In this document: in pieces, positions 43,475 through 53,990 of the stretch
Layout: each line of letters starts with the position of its first letter
How positions within the stretch are numbered: the first letter of the stretch is position 1
NCBI GenBank assembly: GCA_943788915.1
Contig: CALSSD010000008.1
Location: forward strand, 310,001 to 374,000
Direction of reading: 5' to 3'
DNA from: an uncultured Acidimicrobiales bacterium
GTDB lineage: Bacteria; Actinomycetota; Acidimicrobiia; Acidimicrobiales; UBA10347
Length of the DNA: 64,000 bases
Program-made: the position numbers and the translations under genes
The notes under the pieces: model-generated
Databases searched by the model: none
What the model was told of the DNA's origin: nothing
What the model saw: only the letters and a program-made list of their open reading frames with translations

Positions 43475-43488
43475 GTTTGGTACCAAAC
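43475..43488. promoter_or_regulatory. Putative MarR operator 1
   Basis: Perfect palindrome GTTTGGTACCAAAC between divergent genes. Confidence 0.8.
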
Positions 43489-43539
43489 GTTCGTCAACCC
43501 AAGCAACTACTCGCTTATCGCCTATCTTGAGCAGCGACC

Positions 43540-44067
43540 ATGAGTTCCAAGAAATCTTCCGTGCAATCCGATGTCCTTCTCGACGCCGAACGCGACGTCC
43601 AGGCACGTCTGGGCGACCGCCCGCTCGACTTTGATTCGCTCGACGCAATCTCCAACATCTATCGAGCAGCAGCAGCGGTGCGCCAACGAGCTGAACGAGA
43701 AGTACTGAGCGACTACAACCTGTCTTTTGGTGGCTTCACCATCTTGTGGGTCCTGTGGGTGTGGGACGATATGGAAGCAGCCCGACTCGCCCACGAATGC
43801 AATCTGGCAAAGGGCACGCTCACCGGCATGGTTACGACACTCGAGAAACAAGGCCTGGTTGAGCGCACTCGTGTCGAGTCCGACCGGCGCCGGGTCACCG
43901 TCAAACTCACCCCCCAGGGCACCAACACAATCGATGAGTTGTTTCCCCGCTTCAACAAGTTTGAAGGCGCCATGTCGAACAACCTCACTGTTGACGAGAA
44001 ACGGGAACTCGCACGACTCCTCCGGCTCGTGATCACCGGCACTGCTGGCGCCGCCACCAACGACTGA
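43540..44067 (+). CDS. MarR family transcriptional regulator
   Basis: LAKGTLTGMVTTLEKQGLVER, SDRRRVTVKLTPQG. Confidence 0.95.
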   Translation: MSSKKSSVQSDVLLDAERDVQARLGDRPLDFDSLDAISNIYRAAAAVRQRAEREVLSDYNLSFGGFTILWVLWVWDDMEAARLAHECNLAKGTLTGMVTTLEKQGLVERTRVESDRRRVTVKLTPQGTNTIDELFPRFNKFEGAMSNNLTVDEKRELARLLRLVITGTAGAATND

Positions 44068-44100
44068 TCAGACCAGAGCGATGGCGCTACAGGTACACCC

Positions 44101-44130
44101 TTGAATAGTTTGGTACCAAACGATTAGGGT
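44101..44130 (+). promoter_or_regulatory. Promoter TTGAAT-N18-TAGGGT containing putative MarR operator 2
   Basis: GTTTGGTACCAAAC (44108-21) lies in the spacer; ATG 6 nt after the -10 box. Confidence 0.8.
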
Positions 44131-44136
44131 TGCCGG

Positions 44137-44970
44137 ATGGTTGACCTCAACGGACTGATGTATCCACGCACCCCAACCGGTGCCGGAAGCATCCTGCCAT
44201 CACCGCCGTGGCACTACAGCGGCGAAATGATGACCATCGAGTTTCGCACCGACCCGGCCAACGTCGCTGAGCTCTTGCCAGCACCGCTCGAACTTGCCGA
44301 CGACGATCCCGGAGCGGTGGCCATCATCTGGGCCGACTGGCAAAGCTGTAGCAACAACTTCGACGAACTGCTCGACCCAGCACGGTCGCAATACAAGGAA
44401 GTCTTCGTCGTCATCCGGTGCAAATATCAGGGCAAAACCTTTAGCCGGGCTGCGTACATCTGGGTCGACAAAGACTTCGCTATGGCTCGGGGCCACATCC
44501 AGGGATACCCCAAGAAGATGTCCGAGATCTGGATGACCCGCCCAGTCACGATCGGCAAAGCCGGTCCCCGACTCGAGAACGGCGGTCGGTTCGGCGGCAC
44601 ACTCAGCACCTTCGGGCGCCGGATCGCCGATGCCCAGTTCACCATCACCGGCACCGCCGAGTCAGCCGGATTCGTAAACGGCCATCCCATGTTGCACACC
44701 CGCCAGATGCCAGCCATCGAAATGGATGGCCGAGACAGCTTGGACGAACTCGTGACCATGAGCGGGTTCGATGTCGAACTCGGACCGGTGTACTCCGGCG
44801 ATGCCTCGCTCACCCTGCATGACTCCCCCACCGAGGAGCTCACTCGTTTCGGCGACATCGAAATCATTGGCGGTTTCTACCGCCAGGTCGGCAACTCGAT
44901 GCATGGCGGCACCACCGTGTGGGCCGGTCCCAACCCCATGGCTGGCAACCCCAGCTGCCAACCCAGCTGA
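44137..44970 (+). CDS. Acetoacetate decarboxylase family protein
   Basis: PPWHYSG, QYKE, IWVDKDFAMARG, GYPKK (Schiff-base Lys). Confidence 0.88.
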   Translation: MVDLNGLMYPRTPTGAGSILPSPPWHYSGEMMTIEFRTDPANVAELLPAPLELADDDPGAVAIIWADWQSCSNNFDELLDPARSQYKEVFVVIRCKYQGKTFSRAAYIWVDKDFAMARGHIQGYPKKMSEIWMTRPVTIGKAGPRLENGGRFGGTLSTFGRRIADAQFTITGTAESAGFVNGHPMLHTRQMPAIEMDGRDSLDELVTMSGFDVELGPVYSGDASLTLHDSPTEELTRFGDIEIIGGFYRQVGNSMHGGTTVWAGPNPMAGNPSCQPS

Positions 44971-44994
44971 TGGCACACCGGGTGGGGGAGCACA

Positions 44995-46260
44995 ATGAGC
45001 TTCGTCGATGACTACCTACCGAACCTCGGACCCGACGATGCCGACATCACCAGCCACGATGCCTATGTCAACGGCGTACCCCACGCCACCTTCACCCGGC
45101 TGCGCACCGAGGACCCGGTTCACTGGACCGAAGAACAAGACGGCTCAGGATTCTGGTCAATCCTGCGATACGACGATGCGCTGGCGGTTAGTCGCGACGT
45201 CGAAACATTCACCTCGTCGAAAGGTATTCGACTCGAGGAGATGGACGAGGAAGAGACCGAAGCTCGCCTCACAATGATGGAGCTCGACCCACCCGATCAC
45301 ACCCGGTACCGCCGACTCGTGAGCAAGGGGTTCACCCGACGACGGGTAGAGAGCTACGAGGATGAGATCCGCGAGCTCGCCATCGAAGTCATCGAGGAAG
45401 CACTCGAACACACCGAGTTCGATTTCGTGCATGCCATCGCTGAGCAACTGCCGATGCGCATGCTTGGCCGCATGCTTGGCACCAGCGATGAAGACGGCCA
45501 CAAACTCGTCGCCTGGGGTGATGCTCTGCTCGGTAACACCGACCCTGACTTCACTGACTTCCCCGTCGACCTCACCGACACCGAACAGTTCCGTATGGTG
45601 CCGTTTCGCAGCCCTGCGTCGATCCAGATCTTCCAGTGGGCGCAAGTCCAAGCAGAGAAACGCCGGGCCAACCCGACCGACGACCTGATCTCACAACTGC
45701 TTGAACCGGCGAAGGATGGTGTGCCACTCACCGATCACGAGTTCAACAACTTCGTAACCCTGCTGGTGGCCGCCGGCAACGACACGACTCGGTACACCAT
45801 GACCCACGCAGTGTGGACGCTCATGAACCACCCCGAGTTGTGGGACAGCTGGAAGGCCGACCCGCTGCTTTCACAGACTGCCGTCGAAGAGATCTTGCGC
45901 ACGAGTTCAGTCACCATGCACTTCCGTCGCACTGCGACTCGCGACATCGAGATGCGGGGCAAACAGATCAAGGCAGGCGACAAGATCGCCATCTGGTACA
46001 ACTCGGCCAACCATGATCCCGACGGCTTTGAGAACCCATTCCGGTATGACCTGGCTCGAGAGAGCAACGACCATATGGCGTTCGGCCGCAACGGCCCCCA
46101 CCTGTGCCTGGGTGCGTGGCTGGCTCGTATGGAAGTCCGGCTTGTGTTCGAAGAACTCCTGAAACGAGTCGACCGGTTTGAACCGAACGGCCCGATCAAA
46201 CATCTGCGATCAAACTTCATCGCCGGTATCAAACAGCTCCCGGTGAAGGTGGTTTCGTAA
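44995..46260 (+). CDS. Cytochrome P450
   Basis: DPPDHTRYR, AAGNDTT, EEILR, FGRNGPHLCLG. Confidence 0.97.
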   Translation: MSFVDDYLPNLGPDDADITSHDAYVNGVPHATFTRLRTEDPVHWTEEQDGSGFWSILRYDDALAVSRDVETFTSSKGIRLEEMDEEETEARLTMMELDPPDHTRYRRLVSKGFTRRRVESYEDEIRELAIEVIEEALEHTEFDFVHAIAEQLPMRMLGRMLGTSDEDGHKLVAWGDALLGNTDPDFTDFPVDLTDTEQFRMVPFRSPASIQIFQWAQVQAEKRRANPTDDLISQLLEPAKDGVPLTDHEFNNFVTLLVAAGNDTTRYTMTHAVWTLMNHPELWDSWKADPLLSQTAVEEILRTSSVTMHFRRTATRDIEMRGKQIKAGDKIAIWYNSANHDPDGFENPFRYDLARESNDHMAFGRNGPHLCLGAWLARMEVRLVFEELLKRVDRFEPNGPIKHLRSNFIAGIKQLPVKVVS

Positions 46261-47120
46261 TGGGTGAAATTGTTGGCGCAGCATTGGTGTCACATGTGCC
46301 GCCGCTGGTGCTTCCCGAGGAGATCCGCCGAGAACTGAACGACGGAGATGACACCACGCTGTTCGCCGGGCTTCATGATCTCTACGCGGAGAAGCTCGCG
46401 CCGGTCAAGGCAGACACGGTCGTGGTCATCGACACCCACTGGTTCACCACGATCGAACACATCGTGGCCAGCCATGATCACCGCAGTGGCAAGTACACGT
46501 CCGAAGAGTTGCCCCGGGGTATGGCACAAATGCCGTACGACTTTCGAGGCGACCGGGAACTTGCCCAAGCGTGGGCCGCTCAGGCCGACGGCCGCGATGA
46601 CACCTGGATCACGCCCATCGATGATCCGTACTTGCCGGTGCACTACCCCACCCTCAACCTGCTGCCGTTTTTGCAGGGCGACCAGGCGTGGGTGTCCGCC
46701 GGCATCTGCCAGACCGCCGATGAACACGACTTCATGCTGTTTGGTGAACTGCTCGCAGCGGCTGTTGCCGAGCTCGATCGTCGGGTTGTCATTCTTGCCA
46801 GCGGAGGACTCAGCCACCGGTTCTGGCCGCTGCGCGAGTTCCGCGATCACGAGGCAGCTGATCCCGATCTACACCTGCGCACGCCCGAAGCTTGTGCCGC
46901 TGACCGCAAGGTGATCGGCCACATGCTCGGTGGTGAACACTCGGCGATCGTCGACTTCCTGCCCGAGTTCAACGGCCATTCTCCCGAGGGTTTCTTCGGT
47001 CACTACCTGACCATGCTCGGCGCCCTCGGCGGACGCGACTGCACCGTCACCGGCACCCAGTTCGGCGAGTACGAAGCCGTCGCCGGCACCGGCCAGGCCC
47101 ACATCTGGTTCGATCTCTAA
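46260..47120 (+). CDS. LigB-family extradiol dioxygenase (HpaD-like)
   Basis: SHVP, DTHW, YTSEELP, HYPT, SGGLSHRFW, YEAVAGTGQ. Confidence 0.88.
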   Translation: MGEIVGAALVSHVPPLVLPEEIRRELNDGDDTTLFAGLHDLYAEKLAPVKADTVVVIDTHWFTTIEHIVASHDHRSGKYTSEELPRGMAQMPYDFRGDRELAQAWAAQADGRDDTWITPIDDPYLPVHYPTLNLLPFLQGDQAWVSAGICQTADEHDFMLFGELLAAAVAELDRRVVILASGGLSHRFWPLREFRDHEAADPDLHLRTPEACAADRKVIGHMLGGEHSAIVDFLPEFNGHSPEGFFGHYLTMLGALGGRDCTVTGTQFGEYEAVAGTGQAHIWFDL

Positions 47121-47155
47121 CGAGAAGTTACGTCCCCTGGGGACGTAACTTTTCG
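47121..47155. repeat. Palindromic element, GTCCCCWGGGGAC family, copy 3
   Basis: CGAGAAGTTACGTCCCC-T-GGGGACGTAACTTTTCG directly after a stop codon. Confidence 0.85.
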
Positions 47156-47333
47156 AACTCGTCCCAGTCGTCAGCGGCACAAGTGCGGTTCCTGAGGTAG
47201 TGGATGGTTGAGGCGATCACAAGTGAAGCTCTAAACCACCCAATGATCGATGCTGTGCGGCGAAGAAACTGCTATGCCGCACGCTTGTTGCGTAACGGTC
47301 GAGATCCTCGCCCGGCATCAGTGGCCTGTTAGC

Positions 47334-48586
47334 TCATTGAGCAGCGATGTCTGTGCCGGCGTGGAAGCCGTTGGTCCATGCGTTCTGGAAGTTGAAACCT
47401 CCGGTGACACCGTCCACGTCGACAACTTCTCCGGCAAAATACAGGCCGGGCACGAGCTTGCTCTCCATGGTTTTGAAGTTGATCTCGTTGAGTGAAATAC
47501 CGCCGCACGTGACGAACTCGTCCTTGTTCGTGCTCTTGCCGTCGACCTTGAATGTCGAAGTCGGTCAGCTGGTTCACAAGTGCAGATGGTTTGTTTCTTG
47601 CTGAGCTGACCCCACGTCATTTCGTCGCTTACCCCTGCCCCTGCGACCAAGCGCTGCCAGAAGCGCTTCGGGATCGCGGCGAATGGGCTTTTCGTAGAGA
47701 GCTGACGCTTCCCGTCTCTCTTCCGTTTGTCGGCGATGATCCCGGTCGGGTCCAGTCCGGGCAGCCAGTTCACCGAGATGTCGAATCGGTAGTCGCGCTC
47801 AGCCAGTTCACGGGCACCCCATGCCGAGATCTTCAAAATGCCTGGGCCGCTCAGGCCCCAATGCGTGATCAGGACAGGTCCTGCGCTCCTGAGTTTGCTG
47901 TGGTGGATGCTGACTTCGGCAGGCGTCACCGCCAAGCCACTCAGGCCATCGATACGTGGATCCTTGATCTTGAACGTGAACAGTGAAGGTGTCGCCGGCT
48001 GAAGTTCGTGGCCGAGACTCGCCGCAAGTTTGGCCCCTGCGGCGCTGCGGGTTCCGCCGGTAGCGATGAGCACATTGGCTGCCGTGTAGGAATTGCCGGC
48101 ATCTGTCTCGAGTGCGAAGCGTGCTGTCTCCGTAGTCGGGGCCTCGTTCTTGACGATCGAGGTCACACCTTCTGACGTGTGGACGGTGACTCCAGCAGCG
48201 TGCGCGGCATTGAGCAGCGTGTTGACGATCGTCTGCGAGCTGTCGGTAACCGGAAACATCCGGCCATCGGCTTCCGTCTTCAGCGAGACACCGCGGCTAG
48301 CGAACCACTCGACCGTGTCCGCGGCACCGAATCGATGGAACGGACCAATCAGCGCTTTCTCACCCCGTGGATAGTTCGCACTGAGCGCACGCGGCTCGAA
48401 ACAATCGTGGGTGACATTACAACGACCACCGCCAGAGATCTTCACCTTCTGCAGCAGGTTCGACGTCTTTTCGAGGATCAGAACCGATTTCTCCGAGGAC
48501 CCGAAGTTCTTCCAGCTCTCGGCACAGGTGATCGCCGTGAAGAATCCCGCAGCTCCTCCGCCCACAACGATCAGATCAAAATACAT
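47334..48586 (-). CDS. HI0933/YhiN (BaiN-like) flavoprotein; frameshifts near 47555-47587
   Basis: [32 protein letters not shown]; shifted frame gives [26 protein letters not shown]. Confidence 0.9.
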
Positions 48587-48763
48587 GCCCGATCACTGTA
48601 GGGAGCATTGGAGCCCGGTGTCGGCAAGGCGGTGCGATTGATCACCGTGCCCACTCTCGCCGAGCGAGTTTCCACAACCGGTGGCGGCGGTTCGAGCTTG
48701 GTGACCGGTCGATAGAAGGTGTCATGCATTTCAGCTCGACTGTCCTGCCGTCTACCGTTTGTT

Positions 48764-49230
48764 ATGGCCACACCTGAAGAACGCATCGCAGAACTCGGAC
48801 TCGAACTGCCGGAACCCGCAACTCCGGTCGGCAGCTACGTCACCGCCAAACGAAGCGGCAACATGTCCTCTACGTCTCGGGCCACGGTCCAATCGATACC
48901 GACGGTAAATCAATACGGGGCAAGGTTGGCGATGCCCTCGATGTCGATCAGGGTTACTACGCAGCTCGCCGCTGCGGCCTGGGCCTGCTCTCGACCATGC
49001 GTCACCATCTCGGTTCGCTCGACCGCGTAACCGACATAGTGAAACTGCTTGGCATGGTCAACGCCACGCCCGACTTCGGCAAACAACCCGCGGTCATCAA
49101 CGGCGCATCGGACCTGATGGTCGAGGTCTTCGGCGATGCCGGGCGTCACGCCCGGTCAGCGGTGGGCATGGGATCGCTGCCATTCGATATCGCTGTCGAA
49201 GTAGAACTCATCGTCGAAATCAGCGACTAG
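48764..49230 (+). CDS. RidA family protein; frameshift ~48865
   Basis: ELGLELP..PVGSYV, then shifted LYVSGHGP, INGASDL, HARSAVG, VEVE. Confidence 0.88.
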
Positions 49231-49269
49231 GTCCACACGCAACTGTCGGGCGTCTACCGCCAGTCGCGT

Positions 49270-49355
49270 CGCGAGACCACGAACCAGGGCTGTCGCGGCA
49301 ATGTACGCGTCGTTGCTCGGCGCCGGGTCGGGTACACTGCAACGACGCCGCCATC
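49270..49355 (-). pseudogene. VapC/PIN toxin C-terminal remnant
   Basis: RCSVPDPAPSNDAYIAATALVRGL. Confidence 0.6.
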
Positions 49356-49515
49356 GTGGCAACGGGTGCATCGACACGTGAGCACTCGGTGGGCAAACGC
49401 CTCCTTGACGTCAACGTCGGGCGACTCCCGAAACTCGCGAGAGTCCGCGGGACCGCCGCAAGATTCAGCCCGGGACCCGTGCGGGCGATCAAACGCCCAA
49501 AGGCCGGCCTACCTG

Positions 49516-51093
49516 CTAACGACCTAGGGCCGCCGAGGCTTTGGCTCGTGGGTCAGCAGCGCCGGCGAGGCTTCCGTTGGGTAGCACTTCGATCAGGTGG
49601 GCATGGCCAAAACCAGACAGGTCTGCTGCCTTCGATACTTCGACGACATGACCTCGTTCGGTCAGGCCCGGTGCCCAGTGGGCGACGTGGGGCTCGAGCA
49701 ACACTCGGACCTCCCCACCAGCGGTCCAAGTGTCAAAGCCCGACTTCGGATCGGGTGAGGCTAGGTTGAAACGCCCCGCATTCAGAACCTGACCAGGGCT
49801 CTCACCGATGTGCAACATACGAGCGAACATCTGCAGCACGATCTGCGGCTGAGCATCGCCACCCATGGTGCCAAGCACCGAACGAAGTGTCCCATCGGGG
49901 TTCGTGATCAGCGCAGGTGACAAGGTGTGTGGGGGTCGGCGACCAGGGCCGTATTCGGCCGGGTGGCCTGGTGTGAGATTGAAACCGATGCCGCGGTTGT
50001 GCAAGAAGATGCCGGTATCGCCCACCATCACGTGCGCACCAAACCCGGCGGCGTTCGACTGGATGAGCGAGACACCCATGCCGTTGCTGTCGACGACACA
50101 CATGTACATCGTTCCGCCGTCGGCGTAACTGTCGCCCCACGACACGGCCTGGTTTGGATCGATCCGGGCGCGGCGCTCGGCCAGCATGTCGAGATTCAAC
50201 AGCGCCCCCGACTCGGCATGTTCGTGGAGGACGTCGGGTCGGTCATATGCCGCGGCCCGCGACGCCTCGATCAGAAAGTGTGCGAACAGTGGGTCGTTGG
50301 GATCGTCGGGCAGGTCAAGCCCAGCGGCAATACCGGCACTCGCCAGCGACAGGTACCCCTGCGAGTTTGGCGGTGCCGTCCACAAGGTGTGGCCCCACGC
50401 GTCGAGCGAGGGGGCCTGCACCCAGTCAGCGCTATTCACCGCCAGGTCGGCTTCGGTGTATTCGCCGGCGCCGGTATCAATCAACGCTTCACCGAACTCG
50501 CCGCCATACCAACCGTCGCGGCCCTGAGCCACCAGCGCCCGCAGATTCCGAGCGACTCGAGGTCGTACTACCTTGTCACCAGGATTGAGGTTGGCGAGCT
50601 GCGTGTTGCCAGCCACATCCGACACGACAGCGCTTGATCGTGCAAGCTGTGATGACGATGCGAATCCATCTTCGGCACACGAGATCGCAGCGGCAAGAAG
50701 CACGTCCATGTCCATGGATCCATACCGCTCCTGCATGGCCAACCAGCCGTCGACCACACCTGGCACCGGCGACGAAGCAACCGAACCCCGATACGGCATA
50801 ACGGTGAGACCTTCGTCGCGCAACCGCTGAGGGTCGGCACCACTTCCGGCACGGCCCGACGCATTCAGGGCCTGCACCGGTTGCCCTGGTTCATGGATCA
50901 ACGCCCACAAGTCGCCGCCCAGTCCGTTCATGTGCTGCGATGTGATCGCCAACACTGCATTCGCAGCAATGGCCGCGTCGACGGCATTGCCACCCTTATT
51001 CAAGATCTCCAGTGCCGCCGCACTGGCCAGTTGATCAATCGTGCACACCATCGATTGGGAGGCAAAAACAGTCGACGTAGAAGGAAGGCTCAT
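49516..51093 (-). CDS. Gamma-glutamyltransferase family protein
   Basis: GGNAVDAAIA, GLGGD, PPNSQG, GTMYMCVVD, HTLSP, GTMGGDAQPQ, ADPR. Confidence 0.93.
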   Translation of the reverse strand: MSLPSTSTVFASQSMVCTIDQLASAAALEILNKGGNAVDAAIAANAVLAITSQHMNGLGGDLWALIHEPGQPVQALNASGRAGSGADPQRLRDEGLTVMPYRGSVASSPVPGVVDGWLAMQERYGSMDMDVLLAAAISCAEDGFASSSQLARSSAVVSDVAGNTQLANLNPGDKVVRPRVARNLRALVAQGRDGWYGGEFGEALIDTGAGEYTEADLAVNSADWVQAPSLDAWGHTLWTAPPNSQGYLSLASAGIAAGLDLPDDPNDPLFAHFLIEASRAAAYDRPDVLHEHAESGALLNLDMLAERRARIDPNQAVSWGDSYADGGTMYMCVVDSNGMGVSLIQSNAAGFGAHVMVGDTGIFLHNRGIGFNLTPGHPAEYGPGRRPPHTLSPALITNPDGTLRSVLGTMGGDAQPQIVLQMFARMLHIGESPGQVLNAGRFNLASPDPKSGFDTWTAGGEVRVLLEPHVAHWAPGLTERGHVVEVSKAADLSGFGHAHLIEVLPNGSLAGAADPRAKASAALGR

Positions 51094-51117
51094 CCCATCA
51101 CCTTAGACAGCACCGAG

Positions 51118-51150
51118 ATAACGAACCCGTGCCTGGCACCGGTTCGTTAT
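51118..51150. repeat. Palindromic element, GTGCCWGGCAC family
   Basis: ATAACGAACCCGTGCC-T-GGCACCGGTTCGTTAT; close match to 2949-2981. Confidence 0.8.
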
Positions 51151-51186
51151 AAAACGACGACGGACCGGCGCGAACGCCGGCCTGTC
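51151..51186 (-). terminator. Intrinsic terminator downstream of mdh
   Basis: GACAGGCCGGCG-TTCG-CGCCGGTCCGTC followed by GTCGTTTT. Confidence 0.7.
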
Positions 51187-51241
51187 ATTCGATTCAGTGA
51201 GTGAGCTACCAGTAGGTAGCACGCTCATTCAAGGGAATTGG

Positions 51242-52231
51242 TTAGATGAGTCCGAGGCCAGCGACGGTGTCGCGCTCGGCGACCAGTTCGGCGGCGGTTG
51301 CATCTATACGGCCACGGCTGAAATCGTCGATCTCGAGACCTTGCACGATGCTGATCTCACCATCGGAGCAGGTGACGGGGAACGAGGAGATAATGCCTTC
51401 GGGCACGCCGTAGCTGCCGTCGGACGGAATCGCCATGGAGACCCAGTCGCCTTCAGGTGTACCGAGCTCCCAGTCGTGGATGTGGTCGATCGCTGCGCTG
51501 GCAGCTGATGCTGCACTCGACAGGCCACGAGCCTTGATGATGGCTGCGCCACGCTTTTGCACGGTAGGAATGAAGTCGTCTTCGAGCCATGCCTGATCGT
51601 TGATCTTGGTGGCAGCGATTTCACCGTTGACTTCGCAGTGAAAGAGGTCGGGGTACTGCGTGGCCGAGTGGTTGCCCCAGATCGTCATCTTCTTCACATC
51701 GTTGACGCTCGTACCGGTCTTTTGCGCAACCTGAGTCATGGCACGGTTGTGATCGAGGCGGGTCATTGCCGTGAACTGCTTGTTCGCGATATCAGGAGCC
51801 GAGTGCATGGCGATCAATGCGTTGGTATTCGCAGGGTTACCAACAACCAGGACCTTGATGTCCTTGCTGGCATTGTCATTGATGGCTTTGCCCTGCGGGC
51901 CGAAGATGCCACCGTTGGCTTCGAGCAAGTCGGCCCGTTCCATACCGTCGCGGCGAGGCATGGAACCCACGAGTAGTCCGTGAGTCGCATCGCCAAAGGC
52001 AACGTTGGGGTCGTCGGTCTGGACCATGCCGGCGAGCAGCGGGAATGCGCCGTCGTCGAGTTCCATCGCCACGCCCTTGAGTGCCTCGAGGGCAGGGGTG
52101 ATCTCGAGCATCTGCAAGATGATCGGCTGATCGGGACCAAGCAGCTGACCACTAGCAATGCGGAAGCACAGCTGGTAACCGATCTGACCGGCAGCGCCGG
52201 TAACAACAACTCGTGCGGGGGCCTTCGTCAC
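51242..52231 (-). CDS. mdh: Malate dehydrogenase
   Basis: [42 protein letters not shown]. Confidence 0.97.
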   Translation of the reverse strand: MTKAPARVVVTGAAGQIGYQLCFRIASGQLLGPDQPIILQMLEITPALEALKGVAMELDDGAFPLLAGMVQTDDPNVAFGDATHGLLVGSMPRRDGMERADLLEANGGIFGPQGKAINDNASKDIKVLVVGNPANTNALIAMHSAPDIANKQFTAMTRLDHNRAMTQVAQKTGTSVNDVKKMTIWGNHSATQYPDLFHCEVNGEIAATKINDQAWLEDDFIPTVQKRGAAIIKARGLSSAASAASAAIDHIHDWELGTPEGDWVSMAIPSDGSYGVPEGIISSFPVTCSDGEISIVQGLEIDDFSRGRIDATAAELVAERDTVAGLGLI

Positions 52232-52414
52232 GTTTTCTCCTCATTGAGTAACAAGATGAGGCTATCTGGTCACCAACCACCGCAATACCTCTGACCCTCG
52301 CCGAAATCCGGGTAGCTCAGATGCGTGAGCATGCGACTGGTGCCGGGAGGTCGCTCGTTTAACCACGCGCCGCGAGCCAGTTCGCATAGGCGTCGCTTCG
52401 TATTCGGTGCTTCG

Positions 52415-53107
52415 TTAGTAGCCGCGTGCTTCGAGAACGAGGGCTACCACCGAGCCAGCAGCCATAAACGGGCCGAACGGAAACCCCGTCTTGCGATGGG
52501 CTCGGCCAAAGACCAATAGCAAGATCGCGATGGGACCGACGATGAGATAGGCAGCAATAACGCCGCGGGCAACGGGGATCCAGCCGAAGAAACCGAGCTG
52601 GGCGCCAATGATGGGGGCCAGCTTCACATCACCGAACCCCATGCCAGCCGGATAGATGAAGAACAAGGTGAAGTAGAACGCACCCATAACAAGTGCGCCG
52701 AGTAGTGCGCCAACGAGCGAGACGTCGAGCCCATCGGTGAGGAACGAAAGCCCAAGAAGCGGGATCGCCGCGACGGATGCCGGGCGTGTGAGCTTGTCAG
52801 GTATACGCAGCTCTCGGAGATCTATCACCGTCATGGCTGACAAAAACACCACAAATGGGATGACAGACACCAGCACCCAGTCGACACCAAATGCCCACAA
52901 CATCACACCACTCAACGCAGCTGCGAGTGGATACATCGTGACCACGGGTACCGGCCACGCAATGTCGTTTTCGCCTACCGATTCTGACTGATCACCAGTT
53001 TCGGTTTCAGGCTCATCGGGTGTTTCCGGTTCGCGCTCGCCACTCACAGATGGAGTCTTACGTATCGATGAACCTTTCGCAGGCATTCGCCGGCCTCGAA
53101 CTCGCAA
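52415..53107 (-). CDS. A24 prepilin peptidase-like protein (start uncertain)
   Basis: IDLRELRIPD, GMGFGDVKL, PFGPFM. Confidence 0.88.
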   Translation of the reverse strand: MRVRGRRMPAKGSSIRKTPSVSGEREPETPDEPETETGDQSESVGENDIAWPVPVVTMYPLAAALSGVMLWAFGVDWVLVSVIPFVVFLSAMTVIDLRELRIPDKLTRPASVAAIPLLGLSFLTDGLDVSLVGALLGALVMGAFYFTLFFIYPAGMGFGDVKLAPIIGAQLGFFGWIPVARGVIAAYLIVGPIAILLLVFGRAHRKTGFPFGPFMAAGSVVALVLEARGY

Positions 53108-53180
53108 AAATCAGTGTCGTTTCGTCGCCCCACACCGCGCCGAAGAAGATGCGGCGAACGGAACAGTAGAATCTCGCATC

Positions 53181-53990
53181 ATGACGCTGCTGTCTTCCTC
53201 GTTGTGCCGCGTCGGGTTTCTCGTCATTGTCCTGGCACTGACTGCCACCGCCTGCTCAACTCCGTCAGTCGACGACGCAGGCAACGATGACATCAACATT
53301 TTGGGGCTCGAAGATCCTCCACGTCGTTACAGCGCTGAGTGGCTTATCGACACTGGTGCTCTTGGACGCGAGGATGTCGCGTCACCGTTTATCTATCGCG
53401 AAGTGGTCGATGACCTGAGCGGCACCTACCTGGTGGAGTCGCCCAATCACCTTGCGTTACAACGACCAGACGAAGTCGTGTTGTGCGCTGCGGTATCGCG
53501 AGTTCCCCTGGATCCATATTGTGCATCCACTCCTCGAGCCAAGGGTTCGCCCCACGTCTTGTCGTACCCGGTCCAACTGATCCGTAGCGACTGGGGGCCA
53601 CGGGCGTTGTACGACCTGGCCGGCTACCGCGAGGTCTCACTGGTAGCCGCCAGCGACCCCGACGCGTGGGCAACTCAAATCACCACCGCCACGAGCGGTT
53701 TCTCGATCGAATGTTTCCTTGCAATCGGCGAAACAAGCGCAGCAAACACCGGCTTCGAGATCTGTTACACGAATGATGACCTACACCTGGTCGCGTCGGT
53801 TGATCTTCAGAACGATCTCATCTTCGAAATTGACCTGTTGTCCTACACGCGAGCATCGATTACCGACGACTTCGAAACCGGCTTTGACGATTTCATCGAA
53901 CAGCGGCCTTCGCTGCAGGAACAGTTGCTCGATCTCTACCCCGAAATCCCAGCGGCACGTCCCACCCCAATCCCCACCATCGACGGGTAG
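53181..53990 (+). CDS. Hypothetical lipoprotein
   Basis: Lipobox ATAC; TAGAAT box upstream. Confidence 0.75.
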   Translation: MTLLSSSLCRVGFLVIVLALTATACSTPSVDDAGNDDINILGLEDPPRRYSAEWLIDTGALGREDVASPFIYREVVDDLSGTYLVESPNHLALQRPDEVVLCAAVSRVPLDPYCASTPRAKGSPHVLSYPVQLIRSDWGPRALYDLAGYREVSLVAASDPDAWATQITTATSGFSIECFLAIGETSAANTGFEICYTNDDLHLVASVDLQNDLIFEIDLLSYTRASITDDFETGFDDFIEQRPSLQEQLLDLYPEIPAARPTPIPTIDG

